Shown: positions 18,070 through 28,903, counted from the stretch's first letter. The stretch: DNA of 64,000 nucleotides from Thermoplasmatota archaeon (GCA_018814355.1 JAHIZT010000033.1:943-64942); one strand, 5' to 3'. Notes: generated by a model not told the origin, from the sequence alone. A program made the numbers and translations.

Positions 18070-20970
18070 ATGAGAGTGCTTTCATTTGTTCGCTATTCCT
18101 TCGAATCTGTTATTAGGAACAGGCGCAGGTCCCTCTTCGCCATCATAGGCATTGTGCTAGCTCTCTCCCTGATGGCCGGTTCGTGGATCGCGGTCGACTC
18201 CTCGGGATATGGACTGCTCAGAGCTGCAATCGACGAAGTGAAGATCGACTTCGTCGCGACTTCTACTGATCAAGAATTCGCCCTGACCCCATCATATCTG
18301 ACGTCTCGGATTGAAGCGATCGAGTCCGTGGAAGATGTCGAGCAGGCCGTGCCTGTCGCTAGGTCCACCGGCTGGGTGGTTTCCAACGGGACGGCCGACT
18401 ACTATGGTCCTTACTCGTCCGGCACCATCCTGTTCTTGACGTCCGAGGGCTCGAGGATACTATCTCTGTACTCCATCAATGACTCTCTGCCATCTCCCGG
18501 AACGGTTGCTATCCCCAAGTCCGTTTCTGATGACCTCAAGATCGGGATCGGGGGAAACATAACTGTCTCGATGTCCAAGAGCGATTACTTCTGGGACAGC
18601 GTGAACAACACATACGTTTACAACAATACCTATCTCAACGTGACATTCCCGGTCTCCAAGATATGGTATCAGCCAGGAGGCGGCGACGAGTACGGCGGGA
18701 GGTACGGTGGTGGCTACAACTACATCTACAAACAGGACAAGGATGACGTCGTCATCAGGGGAGACTACAACCCGATAGTCCTAAACATGAACGACTCTGA
18801 TTTGGTGGTCCCGGCACAGCGAGCTTTTGGAGGTTATTGGCCGCCTCAGCTGGATTTCTACATCTGGGTGGACCGAGGCAATGTCATCTCGATCGCGGAT
18901 ATACCCGGGACTCTGGATCGGCTGGAATTCATCCAGCACAGGCTGGACGCTCAGGGACGGGTGTACGGGTTCACGACTGGGAGCAGTGAACTTGCCCCAG
19001 CGCTAGAGCAAATGGCTCCGCAGCTGGAGGGGATGAAGCTGCTGTTCATCGGGCTATCCCTGCCTGTGGTCGCGCTCGGCACATACCTTTCGCTGGTCGG
19101 CGTAGACCTTGGTGTGACGGCAAGAAGGCGAGAGGTCGGCATTCTGAAATCCCGAGGGGCCAGCAACAGGCAGGTCTTTGGCTCTCTCATTCTGGAGTCC
19201 GCGCTGTTGGGGACGCTAGCTGGGATCATGGGGCTGTTGCTGGGCATAGGCATCAGCAGGTTCCTGCTAGACTCAGCTGTCGGCCTGACGTCCGGTGCGG
19301 GCTCGGAATCCGCGATCGGCGATCTCAGGATTGGTTCGTCCACTGTCTTCCTGGCAATCCTATTCGGGATCTTCTTGATGCTGGTGTCCTCGTACAGACC
19401 GTTCAAGAAGATATCGAAGATAGAGGTCGCTGAAGCGCTTCATCACTACTCTGCCGTTCTGACGCATTTGGAGTACAAGCCTACCAAGGACATTGTGATG
19501 CTTACATTGTCAATATGGAGCATCATCTGCGTTTCCGTTGGATTGAACTGGACGCTGGAGGGTGGTTCATGGATAGTCCAGCTGATCTTGATAGTGCTAC
19601 TGTTTCTTGGCGTTCTGTTATTTCCGATCATGCCGTTCTTCCTTTCCCTCAGCATTGTCCGTTTGACGACCAGGAGCTCGCACCGACTGTACGCGAAACT
19701 GACGCTCCTTGTGAAACCGTGGACCAAGGAGCTGCACTATCTAGTGGACAGGAACATCGTCAGAAACCCCAAGCGTGCATCCAACCTTGCGGTCATCATC
19801 TCCCTCGCGCTCACCTTCGGCCTATTCATATCCGTCACCATGGAATCCACTCTGTCCTATCAGAGGGACCTGGTGAAGTACACAGTCGGCGCAGACGTCA
19901 AAGTGACCGGGTTCTGGTGGGATCCGGTTGATTCAAAGAACATGAGCCTGAGCAATCTGTCCTCCATCGGGTCCTTGCCGGGAGTCGATGAGTACGTGAT
20001 GTACCAGACCATGTTTCTCACGATGGACACGTCGGGCTACTACGGTCAGTCTATTCAGGCCGTGTTCATGGACACGGCCAACTACACTGAGGTCGTCCAT
20101 CCGTCTGATTTCTACTTCCCAGGCTCGGGCAACGAGGTGCTGGAGAAGCTGAATACGAACGGCACGGCGCTCTTGTCCAAAGAATACGCGGACCAGCAGG
20201 ACATCTTGGTTGGGGATGTGATGAGAGTGAGCATCTCATTGCCGGACGACACGGACGGCACAGGTAACTACACTCTCCGCTCCTTCATCATCACCATCAT
20301 CGGGTTCTTCAAGGGACTGCCAGGTCTTTCCCTGAACATGATAATGGACCAGCGATCCATCGGTTTCATCCCCGAATTGAACATCACTAGGGCGGGGCAT
20401 GAGATAGGTTTCCTGGTCAACACCGAGCACGGCGCGGACCCCCATGATGTTGCGGACGATGTCGAGCGGAGTCTGGTCTCCAGTGGCGGCGTCTGGTACG
20501 GGTCAACGGTGATGGTCGACGAGCTCGAGCGCTTGAACAGTGACCTCTCCTTCGGCGCGCTCTCGGATTTCCTATACATGGAGTACGCTTTGTCAATGGT
20601 CATAATGAGCGTAGGCGTCGGACTGATCATATTCGTCGCCGTGTCCGATCGGGAACAAGAGCTGGCATGCATCATGGCCAGGGGATCCTCAGGGTCTCAG
20701 ATGAGGAAGATACTAATGGGAGAATCCGTTTCACTTATGTCGCTCGGACTCATCGTCGGAACCGCTGTCGGACTGGTCACAGCCTACCTGTTCAACACGC
20801 TCATGGATGGAGGTTCGTCCGGCGTCGTGGAGAGGACGATGGTGTTCACGTTCGTAAGCTGGGCGGTAATCGGAATTGCAGTTGCTTCTCTTCTAATCGC
20901 ATCGCTGATGGCGACTTCCCGCGCTGGGAAGCTCAAGCTCGCTGAGGTGCTCAGGATAAGAGGTGGTTGA
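18070..20970 (+). CDS. Large two-module FtsX/MacB-like ABC permease
   Basis: RNRRRSLFAIIGIVLAL, RRREVGILKSRGAS, RNPKR and REQELACIMARGSS. ATG 18070 is in frame with track ORF 17665. Confidence 0.88.
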   Translation: MRVLSFVRYSFESVIRNRRRSLFAIIGIVLALSLMAGSWIAVDSSGYGLLRAAIDEVKIDFVATSTDQEFALTPSYLTSRIEAIESVEDVEQAVPVARSTGWVVSNGTADYYGPYSSGTILFLTSEGSRILSLYSINDSLPSPGTVAIPKSVSDDLKIGIGGNITVSMSKSDYFWDSVNNTYVYNNTYLNVTFPVSKIWYQPGGGDEYGGRYGGGYNYIYKQDKDDVVIRGDYNPIVLNMNDSDLVVPAQRAFGGYWPPQLDFYIWVDRGNVISIADIPGTLDRLEFIQHRLDAQGRVYGFTTGSSELAPALEQMAPQLEGMKLLFIGLSLPVVALGTYLSLVGVDLGVTARRREVGILKSRGASNRQVFGSLILESALLGTLAGIMGLLLGIGISRFLLDSAVGLTSGAGSESAIGDLRIGSSTVFLAILFGIFLMLVSSYRPFKKISKIEVAEALHHYSAVLTHLEYKPTKDIVMLTLSIWSIICVSVGLNWTLEGGSWIVQLILIVLLFLGVLLFPIMPFFLSLSIVRLTTRSSHRLYAKLTLLVKPWTKELHYLVDRNIVRNPKRASNLAVIISLALTFGLFISVTMESTLSYQRDLVKYTVGADVKVTGFWWDPVDSKNMSLSNLSSIGSLPGVDEYVMYQTMFLTMDTSGYYGQSIQAVFMDTANYTEVVHPSDFYFPGSGNEVLEKLNTNGTALLSKEYADQQDILVGDVMRVSISLPDDTDGTGNYTLRSFIITIIGFFKGLPGLSLNMIMDQRSIGFIPELNITRAGHEIGFLVNTEHGADPHDVADDVERSLVSSGGVWYGSTVMVDELERLNSDLSFGALSDFLYMEYALSMVIMSVGVGLIIFVAVSDREQELACIMARGSSGSQMRKILMGESVSLMSLGLIVGTAVGLVTAYLFNTLMDGGSSGVVERTMVFTFVSWAVIGIAVASLLIASLMATSRAGKLKLAEVLRIRGG

Positions 20971-21703
20971 CATGGGAGACATCATCGTGAAGGATCTGAT
21001 AAAGGTCTACAAGACAGGCAAATCGGAAGTGATCGCCCTAAGGGGTCTGGACTGCACGATAAAAGGCAGCGAGGTCCTCGCGATAATGGGGCCATCAGGC
21101 TGCGGCAAGACCACACTCCTCAACATCGTCGGCGGACTTGACCGGCCGACTGCAGGGTCTATCATGGTTGACGGGACAAACCTGGTCAACATGTCGGATG
21201 CGGAGCTGGTGAGGCACAGGCGTGAGAGGGTCGGCATAGTCTTCCAGTTCTTTAACCTGGTCCCGACCCTGACGGCGAGGGAGAACATCGAACTACCCAT
21301 GAGGCTGGCGGGCAAGAGCTCAGACTTGATGGCTAAGCGTTCCGGAGAACTTCTGAAGATCGTCGACATGGAGCCGCGGGCGGATCACAAGCCGGACGAG
21401 CTGTCAGGCGGGGAGCAGCAGCGGATAGGTCTCGCAACGGCCCTCGCGAACGACCCTCCGATCATCCTCGCAGACGAACCAACGGGCGAACTGGACACTG
21501 TGACGGGCCATCAGATACTCTTGCTCTTGAAGAGGCTCAGGGACGAATACAAGAAGACGATCGTGATAGTCACACATGATCAGAGGATAGGTCAGATAGC
21601 TGATACTGTGATGACGATTGTGGATGGCAAGATAACAGGCTCGGTGACGGGGCAGGAGTTCTTGGCCAGTCTTTCTACTGGATCTTCACTTTCCCCTTCT
21701 TGA
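20963..21703 (+). CDS. ABC transporter ATP-binding protein, LolD/MacB-like
   Basis: [25 protein letters not shown] and VTHD motifs. Confidence 0.94.
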   Translation: MVDMGDIIVKDLIKVYKTGKSEVIALRGLDCTIKGSEVLAIMGPSGCGKTTLLNIVGGLDRPTAGSIMVDGTNLVNMSDAELVRHRRERVGIVFQFFNLVPTLTARENIELPMRLAGKSSDLMAKRSGELLKIVDMEPRADHKPDELSGGEQQRIGLATALANDPPIILADEPTGELDTVTGHQILLLLKRLRDEYKKTIVIVTHDQRIGQIADTVMTIVDGKITGSVTGQEFLASLSTGSSLSPS

Positions 21704-22538
21704 GCAGCATCTGGAGCGCTTCATCGGCGGCTTTGTCCTTCTTCGACTGGTCGTCGAGCGCTCTCCTTACTGCGGTGTTCACATCGCGGAGGGCGTTCTT
21801 CTCTTCTATCCATTCCATCCGCTTCTCTTTTCTGAACTCCATGATCTTGTCGCGCATCTCGGAGGCTTTCTGGTGGGCAGCATCAGCCTCCTCCCTGAGC
21901 TTGATGAAATCCGTATGTTTCTTGTTCGCGGTCGCTGCGAGCGAGGCGACTTCCTTGTAGAGGCTCGACGCCTCCTCGTGCGCTTTGTGCTGCTCGTCTG
22001 AGAGTCTCACGACTTCATCGTGCTCCTTGTCCGCCTGTTTGAAGAGCACGTCTATGCTCCGGTCCATGTCGTGGATCTCCTTCGCTATCGTGTTCTGCTC
22101 CGCGAGGACTTTCTTCATGCGCTCGATCTCGGCCATCTTCTTCTTCAATTCGTCCAGCAGCTCTCTCTCTTTCGTGATGGACAGCGGAACGGTCTGCTGC
22201 CGTAGCTCCATCATCTTTGTGTCGAACTCCCTCGCGCGTATCTCGTCCTTGAGGCTGCCCATGGGCGGACCCTTCGTCTTCTTCTTGAACTCGATCAGCT
22301 CCTTGGCCTTCGCCTGCAGTTCGTCCCTCTTCTTCTTGTGGATGCGCATCTCAGCGACGAACGCGTCCCTCTTGTCCCTCGCAGCGTTCATCTGCCCCTG
22401 GAGCACCTGCTTCTGCTCGTGCAGGCTGTCCCTCTCGGATCTCAAAACAGCAGCCTGCTCGTTTATCTCATCGCGCTTGTTCAGCAGTGCTCTGAACTTC
22501 AGTTCGGCGCTCTGGATCTCGCTGATCTTCTTAGGCAT
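21675..22538 (-). CDS. Archaeal coiled-coil protein (COG1340-like)
   Basis: Continuous heptad-like K/E/R-rich helix of 287 aa. Confidence 0.75.
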   Translation of the reverse strand: MPKKISEIQSAELKFRALLNKRDEINEQAAVLRSERDSLHEQKQVLQGQMNAARDKRDAFVAEMRIHKKKRDELQAKAKELIEFKKKTKGPPMGSLKDEIRAREFDTKMMELRQQTVPLSITKERELLDELKKKMAEIERMKKVLAEQNTIAKEIHDMDRSIDVLFKQADKEHDEVVRLSDEQHKAHEEASSLYKEVASLAATANKKHTDFIKLREEADAAHQKASEMRDKIMEFRKEKRMEWIEEKNALRDVNTAVRRALDDQSKKDKAADEALQMLLKKGKVKIQ

Positions 22539-22669
22539 TATTGACCGCTGGCACGGGATAATGGGCCTGCCCTATAAGTTTATTGTTCTGAGGACGTAGT
22601 GCGATCCACAGTAGCATACAGGAAGGCTTATCTCCAACTCGGGGAATCTGCAGCAGGGGGTAGTGAGCG

Positions 22670-23422
22670 GTGAGCTCTAGGGGAGACGGGCAGGGCCCCG
22701 TCTGGTTCACGAAGGAGCAGGAGCTAATTCCCACAGACTTCCAAGCTGCGGATCTCAGGGCGGAGAATGCCGTTATCGCCTTAACAAGACACTTTTACCC
22801 GCGGATTGTGAGGACCGCTGGGTTCCGAGACAAGGGCAAGGCCCCGCCAATGAATGGTGCGATAGATGGAAGGCTGGGGCGCAAAATGGTCGTCTACGAA
22901 TCGTCTGTCGGAGCTCCGGCGGCCGCGATGCTCATGGAGACTCTCGTAGCATCTGGCATCAAGCGCGTGCTCCTTGTGGGTGTTGCTGGTTCAATATCCT
23001 CCGAGTGCAAGATCGGCGATGTGGTGGTGCCGACCTGGGGCGTGCGGGAGGAAGGCACATCATATCACTACGTCCCTGGCAATGTGAAGGTCAAGGCTTC
23101 GGAATCGCTGGTGACTGCGATCGGAGGCCACCTTGGGCGGGGGCGGTTCAAAGAGGGTGGAGTCTGGACAGTGGATGCGCCATACCGTGAGACGAAGGGC
23201 AAGATCAAGAAGTATTCGAAGCAAGGAGTGGTCGCCGTCGACATGGAGTCAACGGCCCTAATGGCCGTTGCGATGTGCAGGAAGATCGAGTTCGCGCCTG
23301 TGCTGGTAATCTCTGACGAGGCCTTCGGGGAGAAATGGGTCCCTGAGTTCCACGGGCCGAAAGTGAGAAGGGCCAGCGAGGCCGTGTGCAGATCCGTTGT
23401 CGAGTTGATGTCGCGGTCCTAA
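22670..23422 (+). CDS. Nucleoside phosphorylase (PNP/UDP family)
   Basis: VGAPAAA, GVAGSI, REEGTSYHY, WTVDAPYRET and VDMES motifs. Confidence 0.88.
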   Translation: MSSRGDGQGPVWFTKEQELIPTDFQAADLRAENAVIALTRHFYPRIVRTAGFRDKGKAPPMNGAIDGRLGRKMVVYESSVGAPAAAMLMETLVASGIKRVLLVGVAGSISSECKIGDVVVPTWGVREEGTSYHYVPGNVKVKASESLVTAIGGHLGRGRFKEGGVWTVDAPYRETKGKIKKYSKQGVVAVDMESTALMAVAMCRKIEFAPVLVISDEAFGEKWVPEFHGPKVRRASEAVCRSVVELMSRS

Positions 23423-24477
23423 TCGTCGAGAGGAGTCTTGACTCCAAGCCCATAGCCTTTGGGCGCGATAAGACAACCATCCTCGAACTCGATCCCGGAT
23501 GAAGGATCATCGATGATGTTGAAATGAGAGTCCAGGTCCGCATACTTCACGTTTTCAGAGCTCAAGGCGAAGTGCAATCCCGCAACGATGGATACCTGGA
23601 TCTCCCCCATGCATCCGACCATTGTGGACATGTTCGCTGCGTTCGCCATCCGGTTAATCATTACGGCGTCGTTTATTCCAGCGCTCTTCATCAGTTTGAT
23701 ATTGATCATATCTGCTGCGCACGCCCTAGCCACTTTCCGAGCGTCCATGACTGACTTCACGCACTCATCGGCCATGATCCGCACATCGCTCGCTTCCGTG
23801 ACCCTCTTCAAGCCGTCCAGGTCCTCCGCCTTGACGGGTTGTTCTACCACGACGACCTCGAGCGATCCCATAGCCTCACAGAACATGATCGCCTGCTCGA
23901 CTGTGTATCCTTGGTTTGCGTCCACACGGATCTCGATCGACGGGCCAATTGCGTCCCTCACTGCGGCAACTCTCTTGATGTCTTCATAGAGCTCCAGGCC
24001 AACCTTGATCTTGAGCGCCTTGAAGCCGGATTCTGTGTGCTTCAGCGCCTCTTGCACGGTCGTCTCCTTGGATTCTATGCCAATCGTCATGTCCGTGATC
24101 ATCCGGTCCCTCGAGCCTCCGAGGAACTCGTAAAGTGGTTTCTTCTCTCGTTTGCTCAGCAGGTCGAACAATGCGATGTCGACTGCTGCCTTCGCTGCAG
24201 TGTTGCCAGGAGCTATCGAGTCCAGACGTTGGTGGATCTTGTCGAGATCATTCTCGTCCGTCCCAACGCTCTTCTTCTGGACCTTCGAGAGGAACGACTC
24301 GATCGACTGAAGCGTCTCATGGGTGACATTTGTCGGGTTCGCGCTCCCTACCCCATAGTCGTCGCCAGAGACGACCTTGACAATGACGTTCTCCTCGACG
24401 TCGGATGAGCCGGTAGCGATCTTGAAAGTGCTCGTCCTTCTGTTGGTGAAGCTCCTGAACTCGATTGAGTCAATCAT
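23419..24477 (-). CDS. Dipeptide (L-Ala-D/L-Glu) epimerase family, enolase superfamily
   Basis: KxK (LKIKVG), DANQG, EQP, DE, NIKLMK, GCMGE and DLD motifs; ATGA overlap with the upstream gene. Confidence 0.9.
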   Translation of the reverse strand: MIDSIEFRSFTNRRTSTFKIATGSSDVEENVIVKVVSGDDYGVGSANPTNVTHETLQSIESFLSKVQKKSVGTDENDLDKIHQRLDSIAPGNTAAKAAVDIALFDLLSKREKKPLYEFLGGSRDRMITDMTIGIESKETTVQEALKHTESGFKALKIKVGLELYEDIKRVAAVRDAIGPSIEIRVDANQGYTVEQAIMFCEAMGSLEVVVVEQPVKAEDLDGLKRVTEASDVRIMADECVKSVMDARKVARACAADMINIKLMKSAGINDAVMINRMANAANMSTMVGCMGEIQVSIVAGLHFALSSENVKYADLDSHFNIIDDPSSGIEFEDGCLIAPKGYGLGVKTPLDD

Positions 24478-25355
24478 CTCCTCTGACCTCCTTGGAACAG
24501 CTTGACCGCGTTGATGTCCTTTCTTAGCCCCATTGCGTTCGCGACAGGAGAGCACTTCGTCCTGAGCATGTACGCTATCGGGCTCAGGTCCGTCTCAGAA
24601 AGCGATTCGAAGTTCGCCATCCCTTTAGCGATGATGAGATCGGCGTTGCGCAACATTTTTCCGAACGGACCGCTGAGCGAATCGAGATTCAATCCGACAG
24701 CAAAGCCAGGAGCCTCTACAATCCGATCGACTAGTTTCTCCATCCCAAGCCCCGAAATGTCCTTTTTCGTTGCATCGGTGAGAATCGGTTCCCCCTTGAC
24801 GACGAGGGTCAAGTCGATATCGAACTTCTTCAGCTCCTTGAGCGCGAGCCTGTCAAGAACGATCTCTCCGCAGTTGTCCCCGAGATAGATGATGCGCTCG
24901 GCTTTCTTCAGGATGGATCGGATTTTCGGAGTGTCATCATGTCCGAGACCCTCCGATAGCAGGTTCCTGAATTCCTTCTTCAACTTGGACGGATCATCAT
25001 ATCCAGTCCCTATCCCGAAATCGAGCACGTTCCCCACGATAGAGCAAAGGAACGCGTCTCTGAGAGGATTCTTAGAAGCCTTGACGAATCTCTCGGCGGC
25101 AGGATACAGTTCCAGACCGACCTTGTTGCTCCTTCTCTTGAGGGCATGATACGGGTCCCTTGTGCCCAATATCCTGTATGTCTCCTTATGGACCTGCGTA
25201 GCGACCGTCGCGGAGCAGACTCTCTCTGCGAACAGCTCACCAAGCATCTCAGATGCGTTCCTGACGGCCTCGACAGCATCCGAACCGTCGACCTCTTCGG
25301 CCTCGAACAGGACTCTTCTGATAAGGCACGGTATGCACTCGGGTGTCATCCGCAT
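24474..25355 (-). CDS. ARMT1/DUF89 family damage-control phosphatase
   Basis: ECIPC, GNVLDFG, DNCGEI, NDAT-like TDAT, KGMANFE and KC motifs. Confidence 0.88.
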   Translation of the reverse strand: MRMTPECIPCLIRRVLFEAEEVDGSDAVEAVRNASEMLGELFAERVCSATVATQVHKETYRILGTRDPYHALKRRSNKVGLELYPAAERFVKASKNPLRDAFLCSIVGNVLDFGIGTGYDDPSKLKKEFRNLLSEGLGHDDTPKIRSILKKAERIIYLGDNCGEIVLDRLALKELKKFDIDLTLVVKGEPILTDATKKDISGLGMEKLVDRIVEAPGFAVGLNLDSLSGPFGKMLRNADLIIAKGMANFESLSETDLSPIAYMLRTKCSPVANAMGLRKDINAVKLFQGGQRR

Positions 25356-25457
25356 GGCAGCGCAGGAATCCTAGTACCTGGATATAATCTGTAGGGTTAC
25401 ATGCAGTTGACGGTTTCAATACCATGTGGGGCCATGAACAGACGTGAGTCTAGTAGA

Positions 25458-25514
25458 TGGTGTTCGGAGACAGGAGTAGACTGCAGGACTACATAATGGT
25501 GGTTCCGCTCTGGA
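25458..25514 (+). pseudogene. tnpA: Remnant of the IS607 serine-recombinase TnpA N-terminal HTH
   Basis: Reads WCSETGVDCRTT*WWFRSG. The copy at 11786-11842 (-) reads WARETWIDYKTAYWRFRSG, which resembles the IS607 TnpA start as I recall it (W..x.GI.Y.TAWRWF..G). Confidence 0.6.
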
Positions 25515-25524
25515 GGAACGACTC

Positions 25525-26745
25525 ATGAGAATCAGTCGTGCGCATCGATTCGAGTTGAAGCCCAACGATGTCCAGCGGACTCACTTCGCCAAGTGCGCGG
25601 GCGTTGCACGGTTCGCGTGGAACTGGGCGCTAGACGAGCGCCAGCGGCTCTTTCGTGAAAGGAAAGGTGACGAGCGGTTCACCAATGCCATCGAGCAGCA
25701 CCGCCGGCTCAATGTTCTCAAGAAGACGGACTTCCCGTGGATGTACGAAGTTTCGAAGTGCATCCCTCAGGAAGCCCTCCGCAACCTCGACAACGCCTAC
25801 GGGCTCTGCCGGATGGCAAAGAAAGCTGGCCGGAAGGCTCGGCTTCCGAAGTTCAAGAAGAAGGGCAGGGCGCGTGATGCCTTTGCCTTCACAACAGGCG
25901 CCATACGTGCAGAAGGCACCCACGTTGTCCTTCCCCGCATGGGACGCGTTCGGATCAAGGAGCCCACAGTCCTTGACGGACGAATCCTACGGGCGACTGT
26001 CACACGCGATGCCGACCGGTGGTTCGTCTCATTCACGGTCGAGCAGGAGGTTCCAGACCCCCAGCCGCCAGCGGGTTCTGCGGTGGGTGTGGACCTCGGC
26101 GTGTCCCGCTTGGCCACGCTCTCCGACGGATGCGTTTTCGAGAACCCCAAGCCTCTGCAGTCCCGCCTGCGGAAGCTCCGCGGGCTCGCGAAGGAACTTC
26201 ACAGGAGGAACAAAGGAAGCAACAATCGAAAGAAATCAGCAGACAGACTGGCGAAGGCATACTGGCGCATCGGGAACATCCGCAGGGACGCCCTGCACAA
26301 GGCGACGACTCATCTCGCCAAGAACCACGGCGAGATCATCATCGAAGGCCTCAACGTGCAGGGCATGGCAGGGAGCCGCTACCTGGCGCGCGCCATCTCG
26401 GATGTTGGCTTTGGAGAGTTCCGCCGGCAGCTCGAGTACAAGTGTCGCTGGTACGGGAGCCGTTTGACTGTGGCACCAAGGTTCTACCCGTCAACAAAGC
26501 GATGCTCCTTGTGTGGCCACATCAAGAAAGAGATGCCCTTGTCTGAGAGGACTTACAAGTGCGAGAGCTGCGGGCTGGTCCTCGATAGAGACCTGAACGC
26601 AGCGCTCAATCTGGTCGCCGTGAGTTCCACGGAGACCTTAAACGCCTGTGGAGACCTGGCCTCCACGGTGCCCGCAAGGGTGCTGCGAGCCGGGCCGTTG
26701 AAGCAGGAAATGAACGCCGCTATCCTGCATGGGATAGGTGGGTAA
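25525..26745 (+). CDS. tnpB: RNA-guided endonuclease TnpB, RuvC triad intact
   Basis: HTH start; GVDLG (D), IIIEGL (E), CSLCG..CESCG zinc finger, DRDLNAALN (D). Confidence 0.95.
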   Translation: MRISRAHRFELKPNDVQRTHFAKCAGVARFAWNWALDERQRLFRERKGDERFTNAIEQHRRLNVLKKTDFPWMYEVSKCIPQEALRNLDNAYGLCRMAKKAGRKARLPKFKKKGRARDAFAFTTGAIRAEGTHVVLPRMGRVRIKEPTVLDGRILRATVTRDADRWFVSFTVEQEVPDPQPPAGSAVGVDLGVSRLATLSDGCVFENPKPLQSRLRKLRGLAKELHRRNKGSNNRKKSADRLAKAYWRIGNIRRDALHKATTHLAKNHGEIIIEGLNVQGMAGSRYLARAISDVGFGEFRRQLEYKCRWYGSRLTVAPRFYPSTKRCSLCGHIKKEMPLSERTYKCESCGLVLDRDLNAALNLVAVSSTETLNACGDLASTVPARVLRAGPLKQEMNAAILHGIGG

Positions 26746-26759
26746 GTTTCGTGGAACGG
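26611..26759 (+). ncRNA. Cis omega-RNA scaffold overlapping the tnpB 3' end; guide would start at 26760 (AUGUACAAUGACGACUCC...)
   Basis: GTTCCACGGA pairs with TTCGTGGAAC; GCAA-capped and GCAT-capped hairpins; the same block is conserved in the second copy. Confidence 0.78.
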
Positions 26760-26840
26760 ATGTACAATGACGACTCCTAGATTGATATGCTACCAACCCT
26801 TATTCGTCTTCCAGAGCGCGCAGCTCAGTGGTGGAACTGA

Positions 26841-27800
26841 ATGGGCGTGGTCATCAGGAAGATGAGGGTCGAAGACCTGGTCGACGCGAAGGGAATCGAC
26901 CTCCTATGCTGGAACGACCTCATGGAGAAGTCGTACGGCATCAAGTGTAAGCTCTCCGCTAGGACCGATGAGAGCATCCTTTCCTTCCTCCATTCGGACC
27001 CTGAAGGGGCTTTCGTCGCATCCGACGAGTTCGCCGGTGTGATCGGCTCCTGCTTCTCCCATGTCTGGGGTACGACCGGCTGGGTCGGACCCTTGTCCGT
27101 CTTACCATCTTGCCAGGCGCGGGGGCTTGGCAAGGAACTGCTCAGGTCGTCCCTCAGATATCTCGAGGACGAGCGATGCGTGGACATCGGCCTCGAGACA
27201 ATGCCCGAGAGCTCCACGAACCTGGGCATGTACCTGAAGGTCGGCCTCCGACCGGAGGGAATGGTGTTCGTGCTGGGCAAGAAGATCGAACCTCACGAGC
27301 TGCAGGACGAAACCTTCGAGAGGGTGTCCATAGAGCGTTACTCTGAGTCCCAAGCCCAGGAGGATCTCAAGGCGCGATTCAAGAACATCTCGAATGCGCT
27401 CAGGATGGGTCTGGACTACTCCAAGGAGGTCGACCTGACGATGAAATACTCCCTGGGTGACACCCTGGTTGCGACTCTGAAAGAGAAAGTCGCTGGGTTC
27501 GCCGTCGTGCACACCGTCCCCAAGAGGATGAACATAAGCGCAACGTCCGTTCGCATGCTAGCAGTCGATCCAGGAGCCAAGCTCGATGTGTTCGAAACCC
27601 TCATCGCATCCGCGGAGCTGATGGCTGCGGATGCAGGAACGAAGGAGATATCGATTGCCGTCCCGGCTTCGTGCAGGCGTGCCCTCGATTCTGTGTTCTC
27701 CCGGGGCTATTCGATCGTCCAATCGTTCGAGCGCTTCATGTGGATGGGCAGCTCGGGCATGAGCGATAATAGCTTCAACCTGTGCACCTGGTCAGGGTGA
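26841..27800 (+). CDS. GNAT-family acetyltransferase (tandem GNAT-like)
   Basis: GWVGPLSVLPSCQARGLGKELL acetyl-CoA motif; LYLKVG-like MYLKVG. Confidence 0.82.
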   Translation: MGVVIRKMRVEDLVDAKGIDLLCWNDLMEKSYGIKCKLSARTDESILSFLHSDPEGAFVASDEFAGVIGSCFSHVWGTTGWVGPLSVLPSCQARGLGKELLRSSLRYLEDERCVDIGLETMPESSTNLGMYLKVGLRPEGMVFVLGKKIEPHELQDETFERVSIERYSESQAQEDLKARFKNISNALRMGLDYSKEVDLTMKYSLGDTLVATLKEKVAGFAVVHTVPKRMNISATSVRMLAVDPGAKLDVFETLIASAELMAADAGTKEISIAVPASCRRALDSVFSRGYSIVQSFERFMWMGSSGMSDNSFNLCTWSG

Positions 27801-27802
27801 GG

Positions 27803-28903
27803 TCACTTGATTATGCCAATCTCCGACAGCTTCTCAGGAAGGTAGGTGTCCGTCACATAGTCAAGACCGTACTTCGCCAGGGCCTGCTGCTCAGCCTTCT
27901 CCCCTATCTCGAGCATCAGGTCGATCTCGTGCTTCCAGAACTGGTCTTTGAACCTAGGGTCCGTCTTCTCGGCGTTGAGTGCTTGGATGTCCTTGTCGTT
28001 CAGCTTGTCCGTTGGCAGTTCGTAGTTGAGTATGTCTGAGGCCGTGATCCCGATGAACTCGGCCGTCGGAGTGGCAAGATACTCGGATAGGTGGGCGGTC
28101 TTGATCGCACCGTATGCCAGCGACGCGTGTATCCTGAAGCTCCAAGGATCGCCGTCCACGAATGTGCAGACGGGCAGCTTCATCTCCTCGTTAAGTCTCT
28201 TGATGAACCTCCTCGTGCTCCTGGCTGGCTGGCCCTTCAGGTGCACAAGGACAGCGTTCGCGTCCTCGTCGAACTTGTTCTCGACGAGCCTGTCGAACAT
28301 ACCGCCGGTCTCGATGGCGATGATGAAGTCAGCGTCGCAGTCTATGAACTCTATCTTGTCCTTCTCGACATTGTACGGTATGCCATATCCAGAATCGCCG
28401 ACATCGTCCCTGCAGTTGATCTTCTTCTTCTTGCCCTTCCTGTCCAGCTCCTGCAGGGTGATGTTTCCGATGACCCTCGCGCCGTCCTCCTCGGGCCTGA
28501 GCTTGAAGTCCTCTCTCATGCAGGACGTGATGATCTCCAGGTCCTCGGCCAGCATGTTCGACTCATCCTGGGCGGAGAATTTGGCCTTGTCCCAGCCCTC
28601 CGATATGTAGTACATCTCTCTGAGCGTCGAGCTCTTCTCCTGCTTTATCATGTCCTCGATGAACTCGAGCATGTACATCGTCCGCAGGAGCATCTGGGCG
28701 CCCGTGAGTTTCTTGGCGGACCTCGCGCCCATCGCCTTGCCGTACTTCCAGACTGCGGATTTCGGGTCGAACCTGATGTTGGTCTTGGTCCTGAGAGGGA
28801 TGACCATCTTCGGTATCTTCCCTCCGTCGATCTGGTCGTAGACGCTCCCTGCGAGCTCTGTGAGCTTGTCGACTGCCCTTTGATGGCGCTCTTCATTCTT
28901 CAT
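27803..28903 (-). CDS. top6A: DNA topoisomerase VI subunit A
   Basis: [30 protein letters not shown] and KAEQQAL motifs. Confidence 0.96.
   Translation of the reverse strand: MKNEERHQRAVDKLTELAGSVYDQIDGGKIPKMVIPLRTKTNIRFDPKSAVWKYGKAMGARSAKKLTGAQMLLRTMYMLEFIEDMIKQEKSSTLREMYYISEGWDKAKFSAQDESNMLAEDLEIITSCMREDFKLRPEEDGARVIGNITLQELDRKGKKKKINCRDDVGDSGYGIPYNVEKDKIEFIDCDADFIIAIETGGMFDRLVENKFDEDANAVLVHLKGQPARSTRRFIKRLNEEMKLPVCTFVDGDPWSFRIHASLAYGAIKTAHLSEYLATPTAEFIGITASDILNYELPTDKLNDKDIQALNAEKTDPRFKDQFWKHEIDLMLEIGEKAEQQALAKYGLDYVTDTYLPEKLSEIGIIK

Larger units (their letters stand above)
25395..26759 (+). mobile_element. IS607-family element with tnpB but only a decayed tnpA stub
   Basis: Boundaries defined by homology with the copy at 11621-11906; GG at both ends; right end GTAAGTTT..GGAACGG; tnpB tail AVSSTETLNACG. 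Confidence 0.8.
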
